Below, piece after piece: positions 1-9,101 of a stretch of 64,000 bases of DNA; the first letter of the stretch is position 1, and each line of letters opens with the position of its first letter. The stretch spans positions 452,328 to 516,327 of the forward strand of contig CAVTCH010000019.1 in assembly GCA_963733255.1 (NCBI GenBank), in the 5' to 3' direction. The notes beneath the pieces were generated by a model that had not been told where the DNA came from, ran no database searches, and saw only the letters and a list, made by a program, of their open reading frames with translations. The position numbers and the translations under genes are program-made. Origin of the DNA: an uncultured Actinomycetes bacterium (lineage in GTDB: Bacteria; Actinomycetota; Thermoleophilia; UBA2241).

Positions 1-233
1 GCGGCATACACTCACCTCCTATCGCGAATGCTCCCGCAAACGGACGAGTTCATAACGGCCGCGCCATGAGTGTCCCCCCGGCCGGCGCGATGAGCGCGTC
101 CTTGGGCGGCGCGATGGGCGTGTCCCCCGGCCGGGGCGATGAACCTGCCCCTGACCGGCGCAAACGGTGTTTCGGCGGCCGCCGCGGCGGCTACATCGCT
201 ACGGACCGGACACCACGTCGACGGAGGCCCACG

Positions 234-1232
234 ATGGAACACCGAATGTTGGGCAGCAGCGATCTGCGCGTGTCCGAGATCGCGCTGGGATCATGGCTGA
301 CGTATTCAGGGGGAGTCGGCCGGGAGCGCACCGAGGCCTGCACTCGAGCGGCCTTCGAAGCAGGCATCGACTTCTTCGACACGGCCAACGTGTACGGCCG
401 CGGCGCGGCAGAACAGGTCTGGGGCGAGATCCTGTCGAGCTACCCGCGCGACTCCTACGTCCTGGCCACGAAGCTGTTCTGGCCGATGGCCGACGACCAT
501 TCGGGCGGCCTGTCGGCGGGCGAGGTGCACACACAGCTCGACGCCTCGCTCGAGCGCCTGCGCACCGACTACGTCGACCTCTACCAGTGCCACCGCTTCG
601 ACGCCGCGACGCCGATCGAAGAGACGATGGCGGCCCTGAGCGACGTAGTGCGGGCCGGCAAGGCGCGCTGGATCGGCTTCAGCGAGTGGACCCCCGAGCA
701 GATCCGGGCGGCGCTCGAGGTGCCGGGTGCCGAGAAGTTCGTCTCCTCCCAGCCGCAGTACAACCTGCTGTGGCGCGGCCCCGAGGTCGAGGTGTTCGGG
801 CTGTGCTCGCGTCACGGCATCGGTCAGATCGTCTTCTCGCCCCTGGCTCAGGGCGTGCTGACGGGCAAGTACGTCGCACGCCAGGCGGTGCCGGCCGACT
901 CGCGGGCGGCGCATCCGGACATGGGTCAGTTCGTGCAGGGCTGGTTGCGCGAGCCCGTGCTGGAGGCGGTGCAGCGGCTGCGGCCCGTCGCCGATCAGGC
1001 CGGCCTCTCGCTGTCGAACCTCGCGCTCGCCTGGGTGTTGCGCCGCCCCGAAGTCGCTGCGGCGATCGTGGGCGCATCGCGCCCGGAGCAGATCTTCGAG
1101 AACGCCGCCGCGTCGGCCGTGAAGCTCTCTGCCGACACGCTGGCAGCGATCGATGAGGCGCTCGACGGCGTGGCGGTGCGAGAGTTCGTGCTCGCCTACG
1201 GCGCTGCCGCGGGCGTCACGCATCGCCCCTGA
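234..1232 (+). CDS. Aldo/keto reductase family oxidoreductase (Kv-beta/YhdN-like)
   Basis: Translation MEHRMLGSSDLRVSEIALGSW..., typical AKR N-terminus and length (~330 aa). ATG at 234 is preceded by GGAGG. The listed ORF start at 66 looks like a spurious N-terminal extension. Confidence 0.85.
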   Translation: MEHRMLGSSDLRVSEIALGSWLTYSGGVGRERTEACTRAAFEAGIDFFDTANVYGRGAAEQVWGEILSSYPRDSYVLATKLFWPMADDHSGGLSAGEVHTQLDASLERLRTDYVDLYQCHRFDAATPIEETMAALSDVVRAGKARWIGFSEWTPEQIRAALEVPGAEKFVSSQPQYNLLWRGPEVEVFGLCSRHGIGQIVFSPLAQGVLTGKYVARQAVPADSRAAHPDMGQFVQGWLREPVLEAVQRLRPVADQAGLSLSNLALAWVLRRPEVAAAIVGASRPEQIFENAAASAVKLSADTLAAIDEALDGVAVREFVLAYGAAAGVTHRP

Positions 1233-1256
1233 GCAGAGGCGAGGCGGAAGTCACGA

Positions 1257-1320
1257 GTCGTCCTTCAGAAAGGTCGGCGCGGGCGTTGCGAACCGTCCTT
1301 CAGAAGGGCCGGCACAGGCG
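1257..1320 (+). promoter_or_regulatory. Imperfect 29-bp direct repeat x2 (CGTCCTTCAGAARGGYCGGCRCRGGCG) upstream of the repeat-protein/grpE/J-domain operon
   Basis: Two copies at about 1257-1285 and 1292-1320 seen directly in the sequence. No CIRCE or HAIR consensus found. Confidence 0.35.
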
Positions 1321-1537
1321 CCAAGCTCCCCCGACCGTCGCCTGATCTTCCTGCAGACAGCGGAAAAGCACTGTACCTTTCGCCGCCGCTGCCGATGATG
1401 TGAGAGACGATCGGAGTCGGCCGGGGCGCACACCTTCCCACGTGGCGGGCCTGAGATCCACCCGACGCCCGTGCGGCCCGCTCGGACGGCGCCTCTCTCG
1501 TCGGGGCTGGAAGAGGAGACTTGTGGAACTCACGCAG

Positions 1538-3466
1538 ATGACCGACGAAGAGTTGCGCGACTTCGTCCGCTCCCGCTCCAACGCCGAGCTCACGACCATC
1601 CTCACCGCTCGCAGAGCCCGGCGACCGCACTCGCGCCGGCACCTGGCGCACGCACTTCGTTTGCGACCGCTCCGGCCCCGACGCGACGACCAGGAGACAC
1701 ACGACGGCCACACGGAGGAGCTCACGAAGCTCGCGCCCCTGGTGGCCGCCGAGATCGCTCAGCGCCCGCAGGACGCGAGCCTCGCGGCCGTGGCCCGGAT
1801 GCTCGGCAACGGCCTGTCGGCACTCGGTCGCTTTGGCGATGCCCTGGCTCATTTCGAGGAGGCCCAGGCCCTCTACGCGCGCTTCGGGCAGGACGCCGAA
1901 GCGGCCCGCTGCGCCGTCGACCGCGCCTGCATGCTGGCCGCCCTGAATCGCTTTCAGGAAGCCCTCGTGGGCTTCCAGGAGGCGCAGGCCGCCGCCGCGC
2001 GCACCGGCCAGACCGACGAGGCGGCCCGCTGCGCCATGAACTGCGCCGTCATGCTCGCGTGCCTGGGCCGCTTTGAAGAGGCTCTTGCCGGCTTCGACGC
2101 CGTGCGCACGACTTACGCCCGACGCGGTAACGAGGCCGTGGTGGCTCGCTGCACGGTGGGCCACGCCGATGCGCTGCGCGGCCTGGGCCGCGGCCGCGAG
2201 GCGCTGGCCGGTTTCAGGGAGGCGCAGGCCGTCTTTTCGCGACTCGGCGAAAGGACCGAGGCGGCGCGCTGCATGGTGGACGGCGCGTGCGTTCTGCTCA
2301 GCCTGGGCCGCTTTGAGGAAGCTCTGGGCGGATTCGACGAGGCACGGGCCGTCTACGCACGATCCGGGCACGAGGCCGACGTCGCCGACTGCACCATGAA
2401 CCGCGCCGTCGCCTTCGACGGCATGGGCCGCTTCGACGAAGCCCTGGCCGAGTTCGAGGAGGCACGGGCGGTCCACGCGCGCCTCGGGCACGACGTCGCA
2501 TCGGCGCGCTGCACGATGGGTCACGCCAACTCGCTGCGCGGTCTGAGCCGCTTCGACGAGGCCCTGACCGGCTTCGATCGGGCCCAGGCCGTCTTCACGC
2601 GTTTCGGCCAGAAGATCGAAGCGGCCCGCTGCACCGTGAACCGCGCCAACGTGCTCGCCGGACTGGGCCGCTTTGAGGAAGCTCTGGGCGGTTACGAGGA
2701 GGCGCAGAGCATCCTCGTCGGCTTCGGGCAGGAGGCCGAGGTGGCCCTCTGCACGATGAACCGCGCCGTCGCGCTCGCCAACCTGGGGCGCTTTCAAGAG
2801 GCCCTGGCCGACTACGAGAAGGCACAGTCGGTCTTCGGCCGTTGCGGCCAGGATATCGAGGCGGCCCGTTGCACGATGAACCACGCCAACGTGCTCGCCG
2901 GACTGGGGCGCTATCAGGAGGCCCTGACAGGCTACGACGAGACCGGAGCGGTCGTGGCGCAGGCCGGCCAGAAGGCCGAATCGGCCCGCTGCACGATGAA
3001 CCGCGCGGTCGCGCTCGCCGGTCTGGGGCGTTTCCAGGAGGCTCTGGCCGGCTACGACGAGGCACGAGCCGTCTACGCACAGCTCGGTCAGGAGCCCGAG
3101 GTGGCCCGCTGCACGATGAACCGCGCCACGGCCCTTGCCAGCCTCGGTCGCTTTGAGGAAGCCGCGGCCCGCTTCGAGGAGGCCCAAGCCGTCTACCGCC
3201 GCCACGGCCAGGAGATCGACGCGGCCCGCTGCACCCTGGGCCAGGCCAACGCGCTGGCCAGCCTGGGCCGCTTTCAGGAGGCTCTGGCCGGCTTCGAGGA
3301 GGCGCGCACCGTCTATGCGCGCTCCGGCCTGAAGGTCGAAGCGGCCCGCTGCACGATGAACCGCGCGACCGCGCTCAGCAACCTGGGGCGCTTCGATGAG
3401 GCCTCTACCGGCTTCGATGAGGCGCGAGCCGTCTACGCGCGCTTCGGCCAGGAGGCCTGGTCATGA
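1538..3466 (+). CDS. Tandem-repeat helical (TPR-like) protein, about 17 near-identical 40-aa units each carrying a conserved Cys
   Basis: Protein is built of repeats like ARCTMNRAVALANLGRFQEALADYEKAQSVFGRCGQDIEA. ATG at 1538, with an in-frame GTG at 1523 and GAGGAG at 1512. The stop overlaps the grpE ATG (ATGA). Confidence 0.7.
   Translation: MTDEELRDFVRSRSNAELTTILTARRARRPHSRRHLAHALRLRPLRPRRDDQETHDGHTEELTKLAPLVAAEIAQRPQDASLAAVARMLGNGLSALGRFGDALAHFEEAQALYARFGQDAEAARCAVDRACMLAALNRFQEALVGFQEAQAAAARTGQTDEAARCAMNCAVMLACLGRFEEALAGFDAVRTTYARRGNEAVVARCTVGHADALRGLGRGREALAGFREAQAVFSRLGERTEAARCMVDGACVLLSLGRFEEALGGFDEARAVYARSGHEADVADCTMNRAVAFDGMGRFDEALAEFEEARAVHARLGHDVASARCTMGHANSLRGLSRFDEALTGFDRAQAVFTRFGQKIEAARCTVNRANVLAGLGRFEEALGGYEEAQSILVGFGQEAEVALCTMNRAVALANLGRFQEALADYEKAQSVFGRCGQDIEAARCTMNHANVLAGLGRYQEALTGYDETGAVVAQAGQKAESARCTMNRAVALAGLGRFQEALAGYDEARAVYAQLGQEPEVARCTMNRATALASLGRFEEAAARFEEAQAVYRRHGQEIDAARCTLGQANALASLGRFQEALAGFEEARTVYARSGLKVEAARCTMNRATALSNLGRFDEASTGFDEARAVYARFGQEAWS
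1772..3463 (+). repeat. About 17 tandem 120-bp coding repeats (intragenic)
   Basis: Recurrent DNA motif gcggcccgctgcacgatgaaccgcgcc... with 120-bp period. Units are nearly identical at nucleotide level. Confidence 0.8.
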
Positions 3467-4170
3467 CCGACGACCACGCCTGCGACCCGGACGAGCCGGT
3501 GACGCCCCAGATCGACAGTGATCGCACCAGGGTAGACCCCGAGCCATGGGTCGCAAGAGGCAGGTTGCGAGACGCCCTGGCGGAGGCGGTCGCAAGCTAC
3601 GCCTCGACGGACGCGGCCGCGAGGAGCACAGCCCCCGCCGAAACGGCCTTCGGCGATCAGCCCGCCACAGCCTCCGGCGATCGGCCCGCCATGGGCGCGC
3701 CGGCCGAGGCGAACGGACACGCGACGCGCCTGCACCCCGTCGCCACGCCGAGCGGCGACCATCTCGCCCAGCTACAGCGCCTGCAGGCCGATTTCGAGAA
3801 CTACCGCAGACGCGTCCGGCGCGACAGCGAGGCGCTCGCGCTGCACGCCGGCGAGGGCGTGATCGAGTCCCTGCTGCCGGTCGTCGACGGCATGCGGCGG
3901 GCACTCGAGGCGGCCGCACGACACGAGGAGGGGCAGCTCGTCAAGGGCGTGGAGCTCGTCGCTGGCCAGCTGAGCACGGTGCTGGCGAGCCACGGTCTCG
4001 ATGAGGTGCCGGCCGCTCCCGGCATGCCGTTCGACCCGAACGTGCACGAAGCGGTGGCGGCCCAGGAGTCGGCTGCGCACACCGAGGGCATGATCAGCGC
4101 CGTGCTCGAGCCCGGCTACCTGCTCCACGGCAGGCTTCTGCGCCCAGCCCGCGTGATCGTGGCGACGTAG
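3463..4170 (+). CDS. grpE: Nucleotide exchange factor GrpE
   Basis: C-terminal region LQADFENYRRRVRRDSE...PFDPNVHEAV...GYLLHGRLLRPARVIV matches GrpE signature regions. Low-complexity N-terminus is typical. Confidence 0.85.
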   Translation: MTDDHACDPDEPVTPQIDSDRTRVDPEPWVARGRLRDALAEAVASYASTDAAARSTAPAETAFGDQPATASGDRPAMGAPAEANGHATRLHPVATPSGDHLAQLQRLQADFENYRRRVRRDSEALALHAGEGVIESLLPVVDGMRRALEAAARHEEGQLVKGVELVAGQLSTVLASHGLDEVPAAPGMPFDPNVHEAVAAQESAAHTEGMISAVLEPGYLLHGRLLRPARVIVAT

Positions 4171-4173
4171 TCG

Positions 4174-4584
4174 ATGACCGACTACTACCACATCCTGGGA
4201 GTGAAGCGCAGCGCCTCGCACGACGAGATCCGCAAGGCCTTTCGCAAGCTTGCGCGCCGGTACCACCCAGACAAGAACCCCGGCGACAAGGCGTCGGAGG
4301 AGAAGTTCAAGGAGGCCAACGAAGCCCACGGCACGCTCTCCGACCCCGCCAGGCGCAAGCAGTACGACGAGATGCTGCGCCTGGGCGTCGTCGACTCGCG
4401 AGCCGACGACTCTCGGCCCGGCCGGCACGGCTTCGACCCTCGCACGTTCCAGCGCGCCGACCAGGCCTTCCAGATGGGCTGCTTCGGCGACATCCTGGCG
4501 AACCTGTTCGATGGCCTGGATCAGAACGGACGCCGCGGCGCCGACCTGCGGACCGACGTGACGTTCGAGGGCGCCGTCGAGTGA
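4174..4584 (+). CDS. J-domain protein (DnaJ-like co-chaperone, J domain only, 136 aa)
   Basis: [36 protein letters not shown] with the HPD motif. No DnaJ zinc-finger or C-terminal domains. Confidence 0.85.
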   Translation: MTDYYHILGVKRSASHDEIRKAFRKLARRYHPDKNPGDKASEEKFKEANEAHGTLSDPARRKQYDEMLRLGVVDSRADDSRPGRHGFDPRTFQRADQAFQMGCFGDILANLFDGLDQNGRRGADLRTDVTFEGAVE

Positions 4585-4708
4585 CGCGCCGCCCGTCCAC
4601 GGCGGGTCGCGTGCTCTTGCCCGGAGCGCGCCGAGGTCCGTGGACGGCGAGCGCCGGCATCAGTACCATGAGCCGAGCCGCGACAACCAGTCTGGGAGAC
4701 GACACGTC

Positions 4709-4912
4709 ATGGACTGCAATCACACCCGGAACCTGACCGCGTGCACCTGCACCTACGAGCCGTGCCCGCGCAAGGGGACCTGCTGCGAGTGCGTGCGCTT
4801 CCACCTCGACATGCGTGAGCTGCCGGCCTGCGTCTTCGACGCCCGTGGCGAGCGCACGTTCGATCGTTCCTTCGAGCATTTCGCCAGGCTGATGGGCGAG
4901 GGTCGCCTGTAA
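4709..4912 (+). CDS. Small Cys-rich protein (CNHTRNLTACTCTYEPCPRKGTCCECVRFH; DUF6485-like)
   Basis: 67-aa ORF from ATG 4709 with GGGAGA upstream and 10 Cys in a conserved-looking pattern. Family assignment is from memory and uncertain. Confidence 0.45.
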   Translation: MDCNHTRNLTACTCTYEPCPRKGTCCECVRFHLDMRELPACVFDARGERTFDRSFEHFARLMGEGRL

Positions 4913-4929
4913 GCCCACCCGTTCCTAAA

Positions 4930-4966
4930 GAGGGAACGCGGCGGGCCGCGTCACGCTGCGCGTGAC
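4930..4966. terminator. Perfect GC-rich palindrome (GGCGGGCCGCGTCACGC..GCGTGACGCGGCCCGCC), likely bidirectional terminator between convergent genes
   Basis: Seen directly. Lies between the stop of the + gene (4912) and the stop of the - gene (5036). Confidence 0.6.
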
Positions 4967-5035
4967 GCGGCCCGCCCTGCGGATGCGTTCGTGTCGAGTG
5001 CCCGGCAGGCAAAAGCCTGCCCTGTCGTTGCGTGT

Positions 5036-6040
5036 CTACTTCACCTTGAGGATCGCAGTCCTCACATGGGTCTGCTTGTTGCCGGCCGCGTCGGTCGCCC
5101 GAGCGACGATCCTGTAGGTGCCTCTGATCAGCGACCTGCGCAGCTTGAACGAGACGGCGACCGTCTTGTTCAGCGCCACGCCGCTCGCGGTGGTGGCGGC
5201 CAGTTTGCGTCCGGTCCTTGTGGTCAGCGTCAGCGACACCTTGGCGGTCGAGCAGCCCGGCATCGCGTCGGTGACCTTCAGGTGGACCTTCAGCACATCG
5301 CCACGGCCGGCATGGCCGGCTCGCACGCTGAGCGGCGCGGGAGCACAGACCGGCACCGGCAGCGAGGCGGCCGAACCGCAATCGAACACGATCGCGGCGT
5401 CGTAGACGGCGGGGCTCGAGCTTGCGTCGATCGTGCCGCAGACGGCGACCTCGTCGCCGAGGGCGACGTCGGCCAGGGTGGTCACGGTCCCGCCGGCCCA
5501 GGCGGCCGGCGAGAACAGCCTCGTGCCCGGGGTGATGGTCACGATCAACGTGCCGCTCAGACCGTCGGTGCCGTGGGCCACGGTCAGGGTCAGCAGATCG
5601 TTGGTCGTGTCGGCGGCGGTGACGGCGCCCACGCAGGCGAAGCGCGGCATGCGCACGCAGACACGCTGCGCCGTGTAGACGGCGGGACTGGAGCTGGCGT
5701 CGACGGTGCCGCAGACCCGCGCCAGCTCACCGACGGTGACCTGGTCGAGGGTGATCGTGGTCGCTTCGGCGCAATGCGGCCCCTCGCGATCCGCCTGCAG
5801 GAAGAGCTGGGTGTCCGGCGTGATGAGCACGGTCAGGGAGCCGGTAAGGCCGTGCGAGCCGTGCGCCACGGTCAGGGTCAACAGGTCGTTCGTCGTATCG
5901 ACGGCGGTGACGGTGCCGGCGGCAAAGAAGGAGTTCGCGTCGCCGCCGGGGATGCACTGGGGGCGAGATTGAGCCAGGGCGGCGGGCACGCAGACAAGAC
6001 AGGCGAGCAGCACGGCGAGGAGAGGAAGGGATCGTTTCAT
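5036..6040 (-). CDS. Secreted protein with internal ~100-aa tandem duplication and Ig-like C-terminus
   Basis: Signal peptide MKRSLPLLAVLLACLVCVPAALAQ from ATG 6040 (GGAGG RBS). Two repeats both contain TTNDLLTLTVAHG...CGT(V/I)DASSSPAVY. Confidence 0.6.
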   Translation of the reverse strand: MKRSLPLLAVLLACLVCVPAALAQSRPQCIPGGDANSFFAAGTVTAVDTTNDLLTLTVAHGSHGLTGSLTVLITPDTQLFLQADREGPHCAEATTITLDQVTVGELARVCGTVDASSSPAVYTAQRVCVRMPRFACVGAVTAADTTNDLLTLTVAHGTDGLSGTLIVTITPGTRLFSPAAWAGGTVTTLADVALGDEVAVCGTIDASSSPAVYDAAIVFDCGSAASLPVPVCAPAPLSVRAGHAGRGDVLKVHLKVTDAMPGCSTAKVSLTLTTRTGRKLAATTASGVALNKTVAVSFKLRRSLIRGTYRIVARATDAAGNKQTHVRTAILKVK

Positions 6041-6240
6041 GGGGCCTCCATGGTCGTGGCAGCAAGGCTCGTCCGTCTGTTCGCCGCTGAGGCGCACAGC
6101 CAGGTCCGGGCGGACCTCGCTCCCCCTTCGGGACACTTCCCTTCTGCTTGTCGGCAGGGATCCCGGAAGGACAAGGCCGCACCGTCACAAAGCATCCCCG
6201 GCTTTGGCAACGGTCCGCGGCCACGTCGGCGCACGCGGCG

Positions 6241-7152
6241 CTACCGGGCGATGGCGCGCAGCTCCCGCCAGGCGGCCAGCACGAACGCCGGGCTGCCGGC
6301 CTGGGCGAAGTGGGGCGCAAGATCGCGGTCCGTGTGAGCCTGGACCGCGGCCCAGATGGCTTTCAGCGCTTCGCGAGTGGCGCTGCCCGGCACACCGTCG
6401 AGCTCCCGCTCCTCGATGCGCCTCACCGGCCGGACCTCCCAGCTGCTGGCGGCGATGAACACCTCGGAGGCGGCCTGAAGATCGCCGACGCGACAGCCGC
6501 GCTCGGCGATCGTGAGGCGTTCCCTGAGCACACGCCGGGTGATCGAGTCGAGGATGCCTTCGCTGAGCGGCGGCGTGCACAGGACGCCGTCGCCTGCGAC
6601 CCAGAACACGGAGCCCGTCTGAGCTTCGAGGACACGCCCGTCCGGGGCCACGAGAAGAGCTTCGTCGAAGCCCCGCTCCCGCGCGAGACGCTGCGCGAGC
6701 ATGTTCGCCGCATAGGAGATCGTCTTGGCCCCGGCAAGGCACGGCCGCGGCTGGTCGGCCACGATGGCGAGAGCCGCGGCGTCCAGGGTCGTCAGGAGCG
6801 GCTGCCCGAGGAGCACTCGATTGCCTCCCCTGGTGAGGACGATGCGCAGGTCGAAGCTCAGGTCGGCCTGGTCGCCGGCGCATAACGCGCCCACAAGCGC
6901 GGCGACGTCGGCCTCGACATCGGTCCGTGAAAAGGGCAGACGCAGCACCTGACAGGAGCGCTCCATGCGGTCGAGGTGATCGGCGAGCAGAAAGGGCTTG
7001 CCGAGATAGACGCGCAAGTATTCGAAGCACCCGTCGCCACGCAGCAGGCCGTCGTCCGTGGCGGGGATCGCGGCGTCGGCGAGGTTGCAGAGCCGGCCGT
7101 TGATCATGGCCTGATACCGCACGGAGCTGAGCGGGCGAGCCGGCGCTACCAT
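6241..7152 (-). CDS. Class IV aminotransferase (D-amino-acid/branched-chain aminotransferase or aminodeoxychorismate lyase family)
   Basis: Fold-type IV PLP enzyme pattern (GDGCFEYLRVY..., TRGG, EAQTGSVFWV). ATG 7152 with AAGGAGG RBS. Confidence 0.8.
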   Translation of the reverse strand: MVAPARPLSSVRYQAMINGRLCNLADAAIPATDDGLLRGDGCFEYLRVYLGKPFLLADHLDRMERSCQVLRLPFSRTDVEADVAALVGALCAGDQADLSFDLRIVLTRGGNRVLLGQPLLTTLDAAALAIVADQPRPCLAGAKTISYAANMLAQRLARERGFDEALLVAPDGRVLEAQTGSVFWVAGDGVLCTPPLSEGILDSITRRVLRERLTIAERGCRVGDLQAASEVFIAASSWEVRPVRRIEERELDGVPGSATREALKAIWAAVQAHTDRDLAPHFAQAGSPAFVLAAWRELRAIAR

Positions 7153-7342
7153 CCGCGCCTCCTTTCCGTAGATGCCCTGACCACCCGGTGCGTCCGACGT
7201 CGCCGTGGGCGCCCGGCTTTCGGCCGGGAAGGCGGATCTCGGCGGACGGACTCTCGTTTTTTCGGCGATCGCCGTACCGAGAGCCTGTGCTAACGTTAGC
7301 ACACCGGCCGCGAGGGACCGGGGGGTACGAAAGGAGCCTTCA

Positions 7343-9037
7343 ATGAGTGAGATCCGCTTGCGGCGGTCGCGGCCGCTACGCTACGCGGCCGGCTGCGTCC
7401 TGCTGATCGTCGCCTTCGTCGTCGCGCTGTCGGCCTGTGGCAGTTCGTCGAACAGCACCACCGGCACGAGCGCCACGCAGTCGGGCACGCCGCAGCGCGG
7501 CGGCACGCTGGTCATGACCTTTCAGGCTGAGCCGGTGACGCTCGACCCGGCCGTCGACTTCGAGGGACCCGGCTGGGCCATGGAGCACTGCCTCTTCGGC
7601 AACCTGCTGAACTACAGCAGCGGACCCGGGGCGGCCGGCACCAAGATCATCGCCGACATGGCGACGGTGGTGCCGACGGTCGCAAACGGCGGCATCACGA
7701 ACGGTGGCAAGACCTACATCTTCCACATCAGGCCGGGCATCAAGTTCGCGCCCCCGGTGAGCCGCGAGGTCACAGCCCAGGACTTCGTCTACAGCTTCCA
7801 GCGCATGATGAGCCTGCCGGCGGCGCCGGCCAAGGGCTACTACAGCGGCATCGTCGGCCTGCAGGCCTTCCTGAACGGCAAGGCCAAGACGATCACAGGC
7901 TACAAGGCGACCGACAACTACACGCTCGAGGTCGACCTGCAGAAGCCGGTCGCCACCTTCCTGAACATCATGGAGATGCCCTTCAGCGCGCCGGTGGCCA
8001 AGGAGTGGGTCGCCAAGTGGGGCTCCCAGATCGGCCGCCACCCCCTGGGGACCGGACCGTACATGCTCGAGCACTGGGTGCCGAGCCAGGACCTCGTGCT
8101 GAAGCGTAATCCCAACTACACCGGCACGGGCGGGTACGTCGACAGCATGCATTTCGAGTACTCGATCACGCCGACGACCGGCATCCTCAAGGTCCAGAGC
8201 GGCGACGCCGACATCGCCGGCGACTACATCCCGCCGGCCAACTACCCGCAGCTGATCGCCAATCCGCAGTGGAAGAGCCAGGTCGTAGCCGAACCGGCCG
8301 TCGCGCTCAACTGCCTGTTCATGAACATCACCGTCAAGCCATACGACAACCTGCTTGTACGGCAGGCCATCGCCTGGTCGATCGATCGCGCCAAGATCGT
8401 CAAGCTGCTCTCGGGCACCGGCATCGCCTTGAACCAGATCTACCCCGCCGGCCTGCCCGGCCATGTCGACGGCGCCGCCGGCAACTTCTACGGCTACGAC
8501 CAGGCCAAGGCCAAGACGCTGCTCACCCAGGCCGGCTACCCCAAAGGCTTCTCGACCACGCTCTACTCGAGCAACGTGGCGCCCTGGCCGACGATCCTCC
8601 AGTCCATCCAGTACGACCTCTCGCAGGTCGGCATCAAGGCTTCGATCAAGCTCCTCGACCAGTCGTCGTACTGGCCGCTGATCGGCAAGAAGGGAGCCGC
8701 CGGCGCCGGCATGAACAACTGGTGGATGGACTACCCCGACCCGTTCGACTTCATCAGCGGCATGCTCAGCAAGAGCACTGCCATCAACCTGGGCAGCAAC
8801 CCGAGCTTCTGGTGGGACCCCAAGATCGAGACGGCGCTGATACAGGCCCAGTCCATGCTCGACCCGGCCGCGCGCCTGGCCAAGTTCGACCAGATGCAGA
8901 CCTACATCATGAGCCAGGCTCCGATCGTGCCGCTGTACCAGTCCGTGGTCACGACGCTGCACTCCAAGCGCACCGGCGGCGTCTACCTGCACCCGGTCTG
9001 GATCTTCGACTACCAGCACTACTGGATCAACAAGTAG
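7343..9037 (+). CDS. ABC transporter substrate-binding lipoprotein, family 5 (peptide/nickel/opine type)
   Basis: Lipoprotein signal (LSACGSS), then SBP_bac_5-like sequence. AAGGAG RBS before ATG 7343. No cognate permease or ATPase genes adjacent. Confidence 0.85.
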   Translation: MSEIRLRRSRPLRYAAGCVLLIVAFVVALSACGSSSNSTTGTSATQSGTPQRGGTLVMTFQAEPVTLDPAVDFEGPGWAMEHCLFGNLLNYSSGPGAAGTKIIADMATVVPTVANGGITNGGKTYIFHIRPGIKFAPPVSREVTAQDFVYSFQRMMSLPAAPAKGYYSGIVGLQAFLNGKAKTITGYKATDNYTLEVDLQKPVATFLNIMEMPFSAPVAKEWVAKWGSQIGRHPLGTGPYMLEHWVPSQDLVLKRNPNYTGTGGYVDSMHFEYSITPTTGILKVQSGDADIAGDYIPPANYPQLIANPQWKSQVVAEPAVALNCLFMNITVKPYDNLLVRQAIAWSIDRAKIVKLLSGTGIALNQIYPAGLPGHVDGAAGNFYGYDQAKAKTLLTQAGYPKGFSTTLYSSNVAPWPTILQSIQYDLSQVGIKASIKLLDQSSYWPLIGKKGAAGAGMNNWWMDYPDPFDFISGMLSKSTAINLGSNPSFWWDPKIETALIQAQSMLDPAARLAKFDQMQTYIMSQAPIVPLYQSVVTTLHSKRTGGVYLHPVWIFDYQHYWINK

Positions 9038-9050
9038 GCGCCGGCATCGG

Positions 9051-9090
9051 CGATCGCGGGGCGGCGGCCGGCGCCGCCGCCCCGCGATCG
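9051..9090. terminator. GC-rich perfect palindrome downstream of the SBP gene
   Basis: CGATCGCGGGGCGGCGG-ccggcg-CCGCCGCCCCGCGATCG seen directly. Confidence 0.55.
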
Positions 9091-9101
9091 CGACGCGTGC
9101 G

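Noticed and set aside
66-233. N-terminal 56-aa extension of the aldo/keto reductase ORF
   Set aside because: The AKR fold begins at MEHRML (ATG 234), which has a GGAGG RBS. The extension is Arg/Gly-rich with no homology.
1265-3205. 646-aa minus-strand ORF running antisense through the 120-bp repeat array
   Set aside because: Shadow ORF typical of high-GC DNA. It is repetitive only because it mirrors the sense-strand repeats, and it has no start or RBS logic or recognisable domain. The sense ORF is coupled to grpE.
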